Below, piece by piece: positions 24,085 through 37,879 of a DNA stretch of 64,000 nt. Origin of the DNA: Callorhinchus milii (lineage: Eukaryota). Where the stretch lies: positions 92,878,001 to 92,942,000 of the forward strand of contig NW_024704743.1 in NCBI RefSeq assembly GCF_018977255.1, written 5' to 3'. Position numbers and translations under genes: made by a program. Under the pieces are notes generated by a model. That model saw only the letters and a program-made list of their open reading frames with translations, had not been told where the DNA came from and did not search any database. Positions within the stretch are counted from its first letter, which is position 1. Every line of letters begins with the position of its first letter.

Positions 24085-25677
24085 ATCTCAAGTAAAGCTC
24101 TTGCAATCCATGACCTCATCCTGGACGAGCAATTAGACAACCTTGGCCTCACGGAAATCTGGTTGTCATCCGGTAACCCCTTCCCCCTCTTTGAAGCCTC
24201 CCCTCCTGGTTACACTTCTCACCACACCCCACACCCCAACCAACTCTGTGGCAGGGTGGCGCTCATCTCCCAAACCTCCCTTGGTCTGTCCCCGTATTCC
24301 TCTGGCGGTTTCCCTTTATTTCAAAATCCTCCTACTCTACTCTCCCCCAAAATCTCCTGGCTTTTTCCTCATGGACTTCTCCTCTCTCCTCTCATCCCTG
24401 TTCCTGTCCCGCTGCACAAAACGCCAGCTCATAATGGGCAATTTCAAATTTATCTAAATTCCCCCTACCCCATCTCCTCTGACTTTGCCACCCTCCTCTC
24501 CACACTAAACCTCACCCTCCATGTAAATTCCCCGAATCACAACCGTGACCACACCCCTTGACCTCGTTATCACCCACAGCCTTGACATCACTGATCTGAC
24601 CATCGCAGACCACTTCCTCATCTCCTTCTCCTCACATATCACCTTCCACTCCTCCAAGGCCTTCACCATTTTTATCCACCCATGGAAGAAGCTTCTCCCC
24701 AATTCCCTCACAAACTCCCTCAAAAACATTGTAGTCACTCCTCTCCTTAAGAAACCTACCATCGATCCTTCCAACCTCACAAACTGCTGATGTTCTGATT
24801 CCAGACTGATGTTTGACAGACATCAAGGCCTGGAATACTGCAAATTTCCTGCAGTTGAATGTCGACAAGATGGAAGCCATACTCTTTGTCTCCCATCAAC
24901 ATCTTCTCTCCTGCAGGTCTGAATTCCTCAACCCCACCGGGCTCTCCCTCAGACTCACCAAATCCGTGTGCTACTTAGGCATCAGGTTCAATCCTAGCTT
25001 TCCTTTCCATCCCACATCCATTCCCTGACCAGGACTGCTTTTTTCCACCTATGCTACATTGCCCACCTCCATCCATAGCTCACTATCAAAGCAGCTGAAA
25101 CCCTGATCCATGCCTTCATCAATTCCTGGCTGGAATTTTTCAATGCTCTCCCCGCTGATCTCCCCAGCTGCACCATATGCAAAATTCAACTGATTCCAAA
25201 CTCTGCCAACCGAACACTCACCCACACAAAACTCCACACCCCCATCACAGCAAATCCTTGCCAGGCTCCACTGGCTCCCAATTACCAAACGGATTGATTT
25301 CAAGATCCTTTCAATTGTTTTCAAATCCCTTCATGCCCTTGCACTTCCCGACCTATCCGATTTGCTTACTCTGCACTCCACCACCCGCTGTATCTGTTCG
25401 CCTGCCTCCAGACTCCTGTTTGACACTCATACCCTCCATTCCACCATCTGTGGCCATGTCTTCAATGACTATACCCCGAAACTCTGGAACGCTCTCTCAA
25501 TCCCTCTGCCTTGCCCCCTCCCTCCCTACTTCAAATCCCACCTAAAGAATTTCCTTTTCGATTGTGCTCATGGTTAACGCCCTCTCCCCCTGACTCGGGG
25601 TCAGACTCCACCACTGTCAAGCACTCTGGGATGCTAACCCATGTGAAGGGTGCTATATAACTGCAAATTGTTGTTGT
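24085..25677 (+). mobile_element. Internally deleted L2 running from endonuclease region to 3' tail
   Basis: EASPPGYTSHHTP, LDLVIT, VVTPLLKKPTIDPSNL, DIKAW..NFLQLNVDKME, LKNFLFD, (TTG)n tail. Confidence 0.88.
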
Positions 25678-26445
25678 ACTTCAGAGATTTCAGATTATTT
25701 AAATTTCTTTTAAAAATTTAAACAATAAAACTGAGCTCGAAGCTAAAATTGAATTCAACATTTTGTTAAATTTTGCACAGAATGAAATGCTTTGGTAATG
25801 AAATAACTCTAGACCCAGGTGAAATCTTACCCCACATCTGCTCACAAGCTGAGAACAGGCCGGTTCTGCACAGATTGCAATCATAATCGTGTATCTCTTT
25901 TACATTGCTGCAAATTTTAAATACAGTAACATCAGGTCTATATTATTCTTTTAAATATGTGAATCAGACCACGGAAATACTTATTAAATCCATGATGACC
26001 AAATGATCTGGGCAAAGCAAGTTTGTTTTTCACAATGCTGCCAAAAACTTTAACCAGGGCACTTCTAAGAGAAAAAGATAGATTGAGGTTAAACGGTCAA
26101 TGAAGGACCTCAGAATTCAGCATTTATTTATCGTATGAGGAAGAATGGATTACTCATTAATGAGCTGTCACGATCTTTCTCAAGAGTTAAATAAACTGCA
26201 AGCCATAGATCTCCACTGAGTACATTTTAAATATGAGATGAGGAAAATCAATAAAGTGATACAAATTGGGGAGGGTATTTACTTTCATTGAGGAACATGG
26301 CTAAAGCCAAGTGGAATTTATGATCAACTAGGCATTTGGGTTGAAAAATATCTTGATTCATATAATTGGTCAAGATTCTGGGGACAGTAAGCAGTGATAC
26401 TTTGCAGGGGACTGTTCTGAGCTTTTGTACAATACTAAATATATT

Positions 26446-26815
26446 GTGGAGTCCTGTAGCTCAGTGGTTAGAACATTCGCCCTGCAAGCGAGCCACCTGA
26501 GTTCAATTCCAGACAGGGCGAAACCTTGGGCAAGTTTCCTTACTCCACACGCCTAATAATAATCCCTCCAAAACCAAAAACAATAATAAATTGATCATTT
26601 TCAATCTACGACTGTTTGTGGGACATTGCTGTGCGCAATTGGCTGCCGCGTTCGTCCACAAATATACGGTCAATTCACTTTACAATATATTCTGTAAAGC
26701 GCTTTGAGACATCTAGAACAACAACAAAAAGACGTGAAAAGCGCTATATCAAATGCAAGGATTATTATTATTATTATCATTATTAAATGATTATTATTAT
26801 TATCATTATTAAATA
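26446..26815 (+). mobile_element. tRNA-derived SINE, short subfamily
   Basis: Same head and tail as the 8258 copy but lacks the central gtaagtaggaacc..gattggcggatcac block. Confidence 0.9.
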
Positions 26816-28589
26816 ATTACACGTGTAATTGTCCTCTACTTCTGTTTATCATGAGTGGCCAACAGAGTGAGTGTTGAATAGCAAGAATTAAGACTTATCT
26901 TGCCTGCAACTTTTAGCTAATCTTGAAGGATAAAATCAGAACATTTGTATTATATTTTAGCTATCTAACTCCATGTTAAATAATATCAATATATTACTGC
27001 ATTTGGTATAGAACTTCATCATGTTGAAATATCTCAAAACGCTTCACTGCAGTTACTGTTAAATTTGGTGTATTTGTAGATGAATACAACAGACAATTTT
27101 CACACAGCTATGTCCCACAAACAGCCAGCAAACAAATTATCAATTTAGCTAGTGATTTATTGGTCAGAACACTGGAAAAAACCCACTTCTGTAAAAGAAA
27201 AAATAGTTGTTCAATACAAGACTTTTGTTTCTGCACTGAATTGTATTTTGCTGGATGAGAGGAGAGGAGAACGTTTCTGCAAGGAATTAGGCCACTCAGT
27301 CCAAATTAATATGTGCCTCTCCTATCATGTATGCCACCTACCCATGGAAATTCCCATGTCTGGAATGGAATGCATCCTCCCCAGAGAAACAAATTCTGCT
27401 TTCTTAATTCCAAGAAGTATTAGGTGCAGTTTGACAGGAGCGAAGGCTTGGGAGACTCCAACGTCTGTGTTGGGATATAGCTAGAGTGGACTTGTTTTCT
27501 ACACATACACAAAATAAATGCTCCGAAAGTCTTGTGTGTATTTATTCATATATGGAAAACAATGTAGCTAATATGTTTAAACATAATAAGCTTTATATAT
27601 AAATATAGAGAGAGATTGAACAGGAAAATAATCAATACATCCTTCTCCACCAAATGAAAAATCATTCTCTTTGCAAAGAGGTTTTCCTGTTCATTTCCCA
27701 ATTTGCCATATGGCCAGATGGTGATGTCTATGATCAGATTTATGATCAACGGAGGACTGCATCATTCCAAAAATCAGATTAGAAGTTGAGTACTGAAGAT
27801 TTACATTGGCTTCCCAAGAGATTTCAAAGTAGAAAAATTGCAGTGATTTCTACCACAGACTGTCTGCAAGGGAATAATCAACAAAAGACAGATGCCCTTT
27901 TAACTATCAAGATGCAACACAGCGTGTTAGTTACAACTGTATTAACATTCCCAAAATTAGAGTTATGCACATTAAGGGAATTCAAATCTAAATTTGGGCT
28001 TGCATTCAGAATTCAAATTTTTGGATCTCAGAATTCATAGATTGAGTTATGAATTTTTAGTGCAGTCATTAATTTTATAAGCAATTTTTCCTTTTTACAT
28101 TAGTTGATATAAGATGTGTCCAGATGATAAACTATAACAAGGATAGATGTTTCAGTGATTTCACACTGCTGTGTAGTAGGAACACAGAAAAACTTGGAAA
28201 GTTTCTGAGATAATGCACAACAGAGCAACAGTGTCCACAAAATAATGCATACTGCATGATCCTCCAGTTCAGAAAATGGTGGATAACTCAGATTTTGAGT
28301 GTGCGAAAGGTCAACTGTTCAGGTGCCAATATTCTCTCTCTCTTTGTACAGGCAGGAGAAATGGTGTGCAACCACAACAATAACTTAAAACACCCTTCAT
28401 GCAGGATAACATCTCAGAGTGCTACAAATGTGTACAAAGCTTCGCAGACCTTTTAGATGGATGCAGAATGGTGAGGTGCAGCTCTTTTGTTCAGGACAAG
28501 AACAAATTTAGCAGGTTTCCTTGACAGAAACTGTTTTTTTCCAGTCATAGTCTTATGAAGCATTGACAGATCAGCTCTATCTCTCTGAT

Positions 28590-28755
28590 GGTATAAAGTG
28601 TGAGATGAGGAGAACATTTTTTTACACAGAGAGTTGTTACGATCTGGAAATGCACTGCCTGAAAGGGTGGTGGAAATAGATTCAACAACAACTTTCAACA
28701 GGGAACTGGATAGGTACTTGAAAAGGAAAATGTGCAAGAATATGGGGAAAGAGGA
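28590..28755 (+). mobile_element. CR1 3' fragment
   Basis: ttacacagagagttgttacgatctggaaatgcactgcctgaaagggtggtgg; matches 57440-57560. Confidence 0.85.
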
Positions 28756-30054
28756 TAAAACTTCTGGTGGCTATGAATTCAGGGAAAAGCTATAGTTTTT
28801 TTCTGCAGCCCGTCAAACAGAGCCACAAAAATACTTCATCCTGAAGTTGTTAACTATCATTCCCATCTCTTAGCACTGACCTTTATGTGAAGCCGCAAGT
28901 GAAACCCATTGTTCCTAGTAACTTTAGCAGTTGCCTAACTCTGAAAACTTTAAATTAATACAAACTAGCTTAATTCTGAAACAACTCTGCAGTTTACTTC
29001 ACAAGTATGCATGTTCTTATTGAATATACAACTGGAAGATAAAACAATTTACGTTTTGCACTTATAGCTGATGCAATGTACAGTATGTATATATATATAT
29101 ATGAAATTTCAAGATAAATCAAAATAGCAAAAAAAAGTAAAAATGTCCATTAAAAAATCAGTAAATGCAGTTTCCATCACTCATAGTATTAAGTTTTTTT
29201 TAAAAAAACACTGATATATAAAATCCATTATACCTAAAACAAGAAAGCTGAATTGAAGAAAGGTACAGAAAATCTGGTTCATTTTTAAATCGTATTTTTG
29301 TCTGACAGTCATACTTCTTCATAAGCTCATTTTATCCCTTTGAGATCTACCACGGTAAAAAAAATAACAAGGTTACACTTTTATTTTACTCCTACTCAGT
29401 GAATAATATGAACACAGAAATAGTCTCTGGTACTGCTTTGCACAATATTCAACACCAAAACTTTTGAGAAGATTATTTTTGGAGATGAGATATGATAAAA
29501 ATGCATGAAAATATAAAGGAAAGAAAAATGTGACTTTCACACTGTTTTCTGATTTTTAATATCTTTAGGCCCAAACATTGAACACTGAAATATAGCACTG
29601 AAGCGTGTGTGTGATGGGGGGTGGGTTAGAGGGTCATAACAGATTCAATAACACATCCGATCATGAGTGAATATTTTATGAAATGTCACATTTTCACCTC
29701 TGTTTTCGCCATAATATTGTATTTCAAACATAACTCACACTTTCGAACAGTCCATTTGTGTTAAGATAGTTTTTGTGTTGGTGCTGCGAGTGGAAGCTGG
29801 CATATGATGGTACTTTTTTACCTCCTATGCTCAGTGGTATTTTTTGTACGATTTTGCTTTGAAGGAAATTCAAGAATTCAAGAAATTGCCCCTTACTTCC
29901 CCATCTTCAGGTCGAGCCTGAAGACCTGCCTATCCCTCCCCCCAGCTCGGCATCATGCTCCGCCACTGTCAAACACTCTGGGACGCTACCCTGCGTGAGG
30001 GGCACTATATAAATATATGTGAACCTTTGATCCTTTGAACAACAAAATACGCTT

Positions 30055-30420
30055 CTCCACTGGCTCAATTAGAAGAGTTACAGTGAAGTGCAAACTGAAC
30101 CAGAGACACCAGAAAATTCATAGGTTTGATCCCTGTGGGTAACAATAAGGGTGTGATGATTGATCTCATTGCCAGGACAGAAGCGAGTCAACCAGAGTTC
30201 CTTCTTCCAGCTACTAACATATGTTGGAGAGATTCAATGTCTAGACATATGGAGACGGTGGGGGCATGGCGGGGGCGAGGATTGGTCTGTGTTCCACATT
30301 TGCATACTCCATACTTGACTAATAGTTGCTGTTAGATGCAAACATGAAGAATGGCCATTTCGATGAGATCCCAACCATGGAGTCATACCAGAATCAAAGT
30401 TATTTCCTAAGGCATAAAAA
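30055..30420 (+). mobile_element. Ancient tRNA-headed SINE (AmnSINE2-like)
   Basis: tggctcaatt..ataggtttgatccctg head and caaacatgaagaatggccattt 3' motif; family name from recalled similarity only. Confidence 0.5.
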
Positions 30421-31059
30421 TATTCCTTGGAAGAAATGATAATGTCAGATATATTAGCTCAATGCAGTATTCATTGAAAGGGCAGTAGACAACTGTTCCA
30501 ATGATGGCTATTTTGGGGGCTCCTAGCCAACTTCAGCCAAATTACTATGCCAAAGGCAAGGGCAATGTTCATATCTACAATCAGTTTATAATTATTAACT
30601 TGATTTACTGGATTTTTGGGCAATTTAATAATAATCAATTATCAGTGAAATATATTCACCCTTTAAGATCAATAATGCACAGGCATTATTATTATTATTA
30701 TTATTATATCACATTCTGATTGTTCTCAATCCCACCTGCCTGCTTTGTTACTGTATGCTTGAATCCCTTTTATTTCCTGGAATATATCTATTTGCTTCCT
30801 GAATCCATTTCAGAAATAACAAATTTCCTAAAAGAGTCCCCTGAGGCACCCCACTTTGTAACCTTTCTCTAATCTAAAAAGTTCTATTTTATTACTATCT
30901 TCTGTTTCCTTAAGCCTCTTTATCTTATGTTCCATCACTTCTTACCTTAGGAACAATCACAGACATAGACATTAACAAAGTATTTATGAAGACTCAGCAA
31001 ATTAGGGTTGCTTTAGTTCATCATATCAGTAAAAGCTTCAAAAAATCCACAAGAGGTGC

Positions 31060-31252
31060 TTAAAACAATAATAATTTGGTCACTCAGTACACAACTGTTT
31101 GTGGGACACTGCTGTGCATAATTGGCTGCTGCATTTCGCCCACAAATATATAGTCAATTCACTTTACAGTACATTCTGTGAAGCACTTTGAGACGTCTAG
31201 AAGACGTGAATGGCGCTATATCAAATACAAGGATTATTATTATTATTATTAT
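31060..31252 (+). mobile_element. 3' half of tRNA-derived SINE
   Basis: ctgtttgtgggacactgctgtgc..aattggctgc..ttgagacgtctagaagacgtg..(TTA)n. Confidence 0.88.
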
Positions 31253-31499
31253 TAAATATGACTTATTTTCCTGACTATACTTTAATAGGCTCTGTTTTCC
31301 CAAATGGTCGTCTCCTACATCTTTCAAAGTTATTTCAAAGTGTTTCCTTACTACTGAGTTTAAATTTGTTGATCTATCATTGCAAATGTTTCTCCTGAAC
31401 TCCTTTTAGATGATGGAATTATTTTAACTACCTTCTAATTCTGAAGAAGCATTCCTGTTCAAAACTGTCAGTTAAAATTGACATAGGACAATTCTCCTG

Positions 31500-31725
31500 G
31501 GTGGAGGGATTGGGTGCAAAGTACGTCAGAATCGAGTCAAGCCTTTGTGGTGGTTTCAGTAGAAACATCAAAGTGCTTAAGAGGAAACCTGATGCATTCA
31601 TCAAGGAGAAGCAAATAGAGAGGTGTAGGTGAAGAGATTAGGAGGGGTGAAGACTCATGTGGAGTATAAACGCTAGCATGGATTAGCCAGGAGAATTGCC
31701 TGTTTCCATGCTGTAATGTTCTATG
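31500..31725 (+). mobile_element. Old CR1 3' end
   Basis: gactcatgtggagtataaacgctagcatggatt..cctgtttccatgctgtaatgttctatg. Confidence 0.65.
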
Positions 31726-32213
31726 TGGGAAAAAATATCATGCATGTCACGTAAACACCCAAGACAATAGTTCCAAGAATAGATTGCATTGGAGGCAGCT
31801 CCCATGACTTATTTTGTTGACTTAATTGTAGACAGGCAAAAGGTTCAAGTCTGAGGCTTTGAAATCATAGTCAGAATGTTTATGAGTGTGTTGAATTTTA
31901 GAAAATTGTTAAAATCAGTCATTCTTCCAAAATTCTATATAAAACTTGTAGAAAACTTAGATTACATTTCTAAAATAAAATTTAAGGCTTCTCCAAAATT
32001 CATCATAATTTTGAATCTTAAACTAATCTTAAAGCTAATTTTAGGACAAAGGCAGGATGCAGATTTGGGTCTCAGAATCATCTAAAAGGCTAGGAGGCAT
32101 CGATAATCATAATGTAAACAAACTTTTTTGTTCAGCACCTTACCCTTGAAATATTTGGATACGATTTGAGTCCAAGACATTCAACAAGGGATAACTGCAG
32201 GAGTTGAAAGCAA

Positions 32214-32595
32214 GTGGAGTCCTGTAGCTCAGTGGTTAGAGCACTCGCCTCACAAGCGAGAGACCTGGGTTCGATTTCCGGCAGGGCAAAAGGCAAGTTT
32301 CATTACTCCACACACCTCTGTTACCTAGCATTAAGTAGGAGCCCGGTTGTTAGTCGATTGGCAGATCACTTTTCCGGGGGTAATAATTCCTTCAAAAAAA
32401 TAATCGTAATAGTAAATTATTAAATTAGTAGTCACTTCAATCCATGGCTGTTTATGGTACACTGCTGTGCGCAATTGGCTGCCATGTTTTGCCCACAAAA
32501 TATACAGTCAATTCATGTTACAGTATATTCTGTAAAGCTTTTTGAAACGTCTTGAAAACGTGATAAAGCGCTATATCAAATGCAATGATTATTAT
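32214..32595 (+). mobile_element. Full-length tRNA-derived SINE (long subfamily); shared leader at 32169-32213
   Basis: gtggagtcctgtagctcagtggttagagcactcgcctcacaagcgagagacctgggttcgatt head, body and tail. Confidence 0.92.
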
Positions 32596-32639
32596 ATATT
32601 TATTTTATATGGTATGAAATTAAATGCAAGTTATTTAAG

Positions 32640-32945
32640 TGGCTGTTTCCACTGATTGGGGAGTCCATAACCAGGGGACACAAGTATAACAAAACAACTA
32701 GGGGATCTAATAGAGAATTTAGGAGAAATTATTTCACACAAAGGGTAGTGAGATTTTGGCTGAAATGGTGTTTGAATCAGACAGTGTACACGCATTCAAG
32801 AGGTTAGACTTCACATAAGAGAGAGGGGAATAGAAGGGATTGGGAGGGAGTAGGGAATGGGTGGAGGCTCCTGTGATATATAAACACCAGCACGGACTGG
32901 TTAGGCCGAGTGGCCATTTTCCATGCTATACATTATTTGTAAATC
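32640..32945 (+). mobile_element. CR1 3' fragment
   Basis: ctgtttccactg..accaggggacacaag..aggagaaattatttcacacaaagggtagtg. Confidence 0.8.
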
Positions 32946-34249
32946 TTTCTAATTACTACATCATCCTGTTTCTGAATGGTAAATTTAACTTTGGTCCCTT
33001 AATCTGTCTTGTGATCCATGTTGGCGTTAAGGGATCCCCTGCTGCTTTTTCAAAAAGAAATGGATAGATGTTCTTGGTTATCCTATCTATTTCTCTCCCT
33101 CATCCAAATTCACCCTGTAAAATTCAAGTGAATTGACTATTTATTGCATTGTTTATAAGGTGTCAGTGATTCAAATTAGCTGCTGTTTTTTCCCGCATAG
33201 TAACATTCATTTAATTTATAACTGAACTGCTTTTGTGAAATGTTTTGAGGTATTCTTTAACTTGAAAGGTACTAAATAAAAGTTAGTTTTTATTTAGTTT
33301 AAAGGATATAAATAGAAGGTTAATTAGTCTTGATTGAGAATTGAAGATGTTTCTGCTGGTTGGTGGACTTTCCAAAAATAGATATCTATCCAGAAATGAG
33401 CTTTAGCGTTATAATAATAAATTGAGATTACCATGTATCAGTCAAATCTGTTTGGATCATGCACATCATGTCATGGAAAAACATGATAATCAGGAAACTA
33501 TTGCAATAATTCTCAACAAATTTGATGTGTTGCACATCAGTAATTTGTAAAAAAAAATTTATGCCAAAATATGTAGGCCGCAAGTTTCAATTAGATGATT
33601 CTTTGTTTCATGTCTCCTGTCCACTTTGTCCCACCATTCAGCCACATTGCCCCACTTATTGGAACTCTCTTCCAAAATCCCCCCCTTCATCCCTGCTATC
33701 TAAATTTGAATTAAGCAATCTATTTAACTACCGTTTTAGCCACCTTGCACTGATAGAAATTCATTACAATGTTCTGAAAATTTCATCTTATATCTTTTAT
33801 CCACTTACAATATTTTAATATTCTGATGGTAACTATTTTCAGTGCAAAGTAGTTTCCCCAAAACAAGTAGGAGAAACACTTTAAATCCCTTCTCTCTGTC
33901 AGAAAGTATTCCAAGTTGTGCCCGTCTCAAAGCTGCTTCATAAATATGTAATAAATTGGATTTCCTGGCAGGAAAATTCACTTCCCCAATACTAGATCCT
34001 ACAGGTCTATTTCTAATTGGCTGTCATTCCATGATTGATATCCTTCTCTTTCCAAGTGGTGAAAAATGTAATCTTTATCACATCAAATATGTCATGAAAC
34101 AGTGCCTTTCTGGTACTAATTTTTTAGTGGTTTAATATCTGAATCCCATAGCCATGATATAAACACAATAGTCGGATTCAAAAAACAGTTTCAGAATGCT
34201 GATTCACTGTCTTGGATTGCAATCGGTAATCATAGTCTGGAATTCTGAT

Positions 34250-35450
34250 TTTCTTATATAAATTAGCGTATCAAATCCATTCTTTGACGAGGCTACCTTT
34301 CTACTTGCTGGACTTCCCATCTCTTCATTCAACAGGCTGCACATTATCAGAAGTCTGCAGCTCATGTCCTCTCCTGCACCAAGATCCGTGAGCCGATCAC
34401 CCCCACCCTTGTTTGGCTTCACTGGCTCCCCATACTCCAGAGGATCGGGTTTAGGATTCTCCTCCTCACTTTCAAATCTCTCTACGGTCTTGCTCCTCCC
34501 TACCTCTGCAACCTATTAACACATTACCAGTCTTCCCACTCACTCTGCTTGGTGGGTAGTAACTGCTCTATGTCCCCTGTCCTGCCTGCTCCACCATCAG
34601 TCAGGCTTTCAGACTTTCTGCCCCCACCCACTTGAACTAAATTTCAGAGTCCATTTGCCTTGCACCAGCCCTTCCCTCTTTCAAGGCCAATTTCAAGACC
34701 TTTCTTTTTGACCATGGTTTTGGTCAACCTCACACCCCCTTGGCCCCCACCCCTTTTAGGTTCTGTCCTTCAATGTTTCAAATCATACCTCTCACCCCGA
34801 CTCCACTTCATCTCCACAAACAGTTTCTGCTCTAGCCCCCGGACCATCTTGTGTGGCATTCCTCAGGGCTCTGTCCTTGGTCTCCTCCTCTTCAACATCT
34901 GTATGCTCCCTCTTGGTGACATCATCTGTAGACGTGGAGTCAACTTGCACATGTATGCGGATGACACCTAACTGTATCTTTCTATCTCCACTGCTGTCCT
35001 GACAGAATGTTCAAGATCCTCATCCTCACCTACAAGGCCATTCACGGCCTTGTTCCTTCCTACCTTTCTGACCTACTATCTCCCTACCTACCTACCTACC
35101 CGTACCCTCCGTTCCTCTGGCTCCAATCTGTTCCACATCCCCCGCCCCAACCACCCTACATTCGGTGGCCGGGCCTTCAGCCTCTCAGCCCCCAGGCTCT
35201 GGAACTCTATCCCCAGTGCCTTCGCCGCCTCCTCCCTTTCCTCCTTCAAGGCCGGTCTCAAGACCTTTCTCTTTGACGGTGCCTTCAGCTCCCTTCTTGA
35301 CTCTCTACCCCTTCCTCGCTCCCTCCCTTCCCTCCCCTCACCCTGACCATTTCCCCCCAATGCTCGGGTCCTGACCCAACTGTACAGCGCCTTGGGACGT
35401 CCTTCCGACGTGAAAGACACTCTATAAATAGAATTTTGTTGTTGTTGTTG
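34250..35450 (+). mobile_element. Tandem L2 fragments (old 3' end, RT core, young 3' end)
   Basis: GIPQGSVLGLLLFNI..HMYADDT (RT motifs) then FKILILTYKAIHGL..LKTFLFD and (TTG)n tail. Confidence 0.9.
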
Positions 35451-37879
35451 TAAATATAACAAATGAAATGATACTTCTAAAACTGCTGCATGGTTATTCA
35501 TAAGAACACATGGATAGATTTGTGAAATGTACTGAACGAGGGAAAATAGCCATTTAATCCACAGACCAACATTGAGAGCATGGAGTGGAATAATCCTATT
35601 GACCTTTCATAAAAAGAATTATCTTCAGCTGTTGGTGAAGACAGTGTAAAGAAATATGAAATGCTAATGATAATTGGAAGAAAAACTACATGCCCAGCTG
35701 TAATAAAAACTCAGTATGATCTTATATGTTTTCATATTGCTTATGGTGATAAACAGTTTGCTTAGTTCACATATAAAATAAATAATGCTATTTTAACAAA
35801 TGCTGTGTTCATGTGTTCATAGTAAATGCCATTTATGTGAAAGATTAACGATTCCTGCAATATAAGATTTGGCTTGAACAATATGAACCAAAAGATAAGA
35901 GCCTAATTTGCAACCTTTCTTTACATGATTCAACAATAACAGATCTTGTTAAAATTCCTATTTGCAGACAAGAACACTGCTCCACAGTAGATTACATTGT
36001 GAAAGTGAAGTATATCCAGTTACCAGAAGGAGTCCCGTTTTACATGACTCAGATTTAATATTAAGAAATCCAGTTAACAAATACCACAAATTAGAACTCA
36101 TCAAAATTTCAAAATGCGACCAAAGATGTCATAAAGGGACAGTAGTGGAAATTGTTTACTGCCGAAACATTATCTCTGTAAACTTGTCTTTGGTGCGGTT
36201 GATTTAACAGTTCCCTGGCTCTTGGCTCACTCTGGCATGGCAACTGGAAGAATCTTCTTCCTGGATCGTACAAAACCATGTGACAGCAAAATAAATGCAG
36301 TATGAACTTCCATTCTGTATTCATCTCTTAGTTGAGCTCCTGTGTTTGTTGATGGCACAGATGTGTTTGAAATCATCAAAATCAGGATGTAACTGGATCC
36401 CAGCAGCAGCAGCAATTATTCCATTAAGTCCACGCAAAGAAAAGGTCACATTTGACACAACGCTAAGATCACCCTAGATTTCGTATGAGCAATGAAGCAC
36501 ACAGCAATAATAAATTCTGGTTACTCCTCTGAAGCAGGGGGATTAGCTAGTAAAATAAGAAATAATTGGGACCATCCAGGAGAACACAATTTGTTTCTCA
36601 CCCAAAAATAATAAATTATTGCTTGAGTTTGTCTCTGTACAAGTCTAAAAAAAGATTAAAAGTAAAACATGAATGCATAACAGTGGGTCCCTGGGGGTTC
36701 AATATGTGCAATAGTTTAATCAACATTTAAAAGCAGTCTTCACAGCAGTGGAAAAAAGGGAATAATTCTCCACAACTCTTTGAAAGGTTTAACTCTTAAC
36801 CATAGGAATTAAAGAGACAACATTCCAGTGGTTGTAAAAAGCATGACATAATTGTTATTAAACGATCCTCTGTGATATGTATTTCCGCATGGTTTGCTCC
36901 AGTGATGTGGGACTAAGTTTCTGTTTTGTCCATTGGTTAAAAAAACTGACCCCATGGTGACTAACTTGCTATCATAATTGTTTCACACATTGCAACTGGC
37001 TCAACAAGCTGTTAATTGTAACTGTGCACAATTCTATAAATCCAGATGGGTTGAATGGAATAGAGGTGCTTTGTTTCTTTTACTGCAAATCCATTAACCA
37101 ATTATCATACAAATTTCATTTGGAAAGCAGCAGTTTCTATGTCATGAAATGTGTATAAATATAGCAGTTTAGTCTCTGAAGCATTGTCCCATTACCTGAA
37201 TAGCATTGAGTGATAAGGTAGAAGGGAAAGGAAGAGTGATATTTGTGGCTGACAGGTATTAAGGTGGCATGCACATGCAAAGTTCTTGGATGTGACAAGT
37301 GACAGCAGAATAATTTATTTTGGAAATCATGGAACATGTGGAGATTAAAGATATACCACAATAATGCAAATTCTACAACTATAACAAACATCTGCAAATA
37401 TGCATTGATATTCACCATGTCACATAGCATGCATCAAATATCCAACACAGTAATTATACTGATGTTAATTGTAAGGGTGAGATGTAGATTCGGGTAAGGA
37501 AATATACACAGACTCTATAGAAGATGTGAATGTTTAACACGATGACTAGGGATTCGGAAAGAAGATTCAAGGAGAATTTATTGCATCATTATTACAGAGA
37601 CTGAACTGTGAAGTCACTAAATATTATTAGTGCAAAGCTAGAAGCCAAATCATTTCTTAAATCTGGAAACGTGTGAAAAAGGATTGTGGCACAATGACTG
37701 GGCAAATTAAATGTTTTTTTATATATCTTGACAGTCACAATTAGTGCTACAAATCCTGTTTGTAAATATTGTAAATTAGACCCTAATGCATGTGTGGAGT
37801 GAAATTACAGTCTAACTGAACGAGATGTAATTATATTCATTGTTGATGTCGTAGGCAGTACCGATGAGAATAACTTAAG

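Noticed and set aside
36160..36480. Complex unique segment with several short ORFs
   Set aside because: No consistent frame or strong splice pair; may be non-coding, but nothing specific is supportable.
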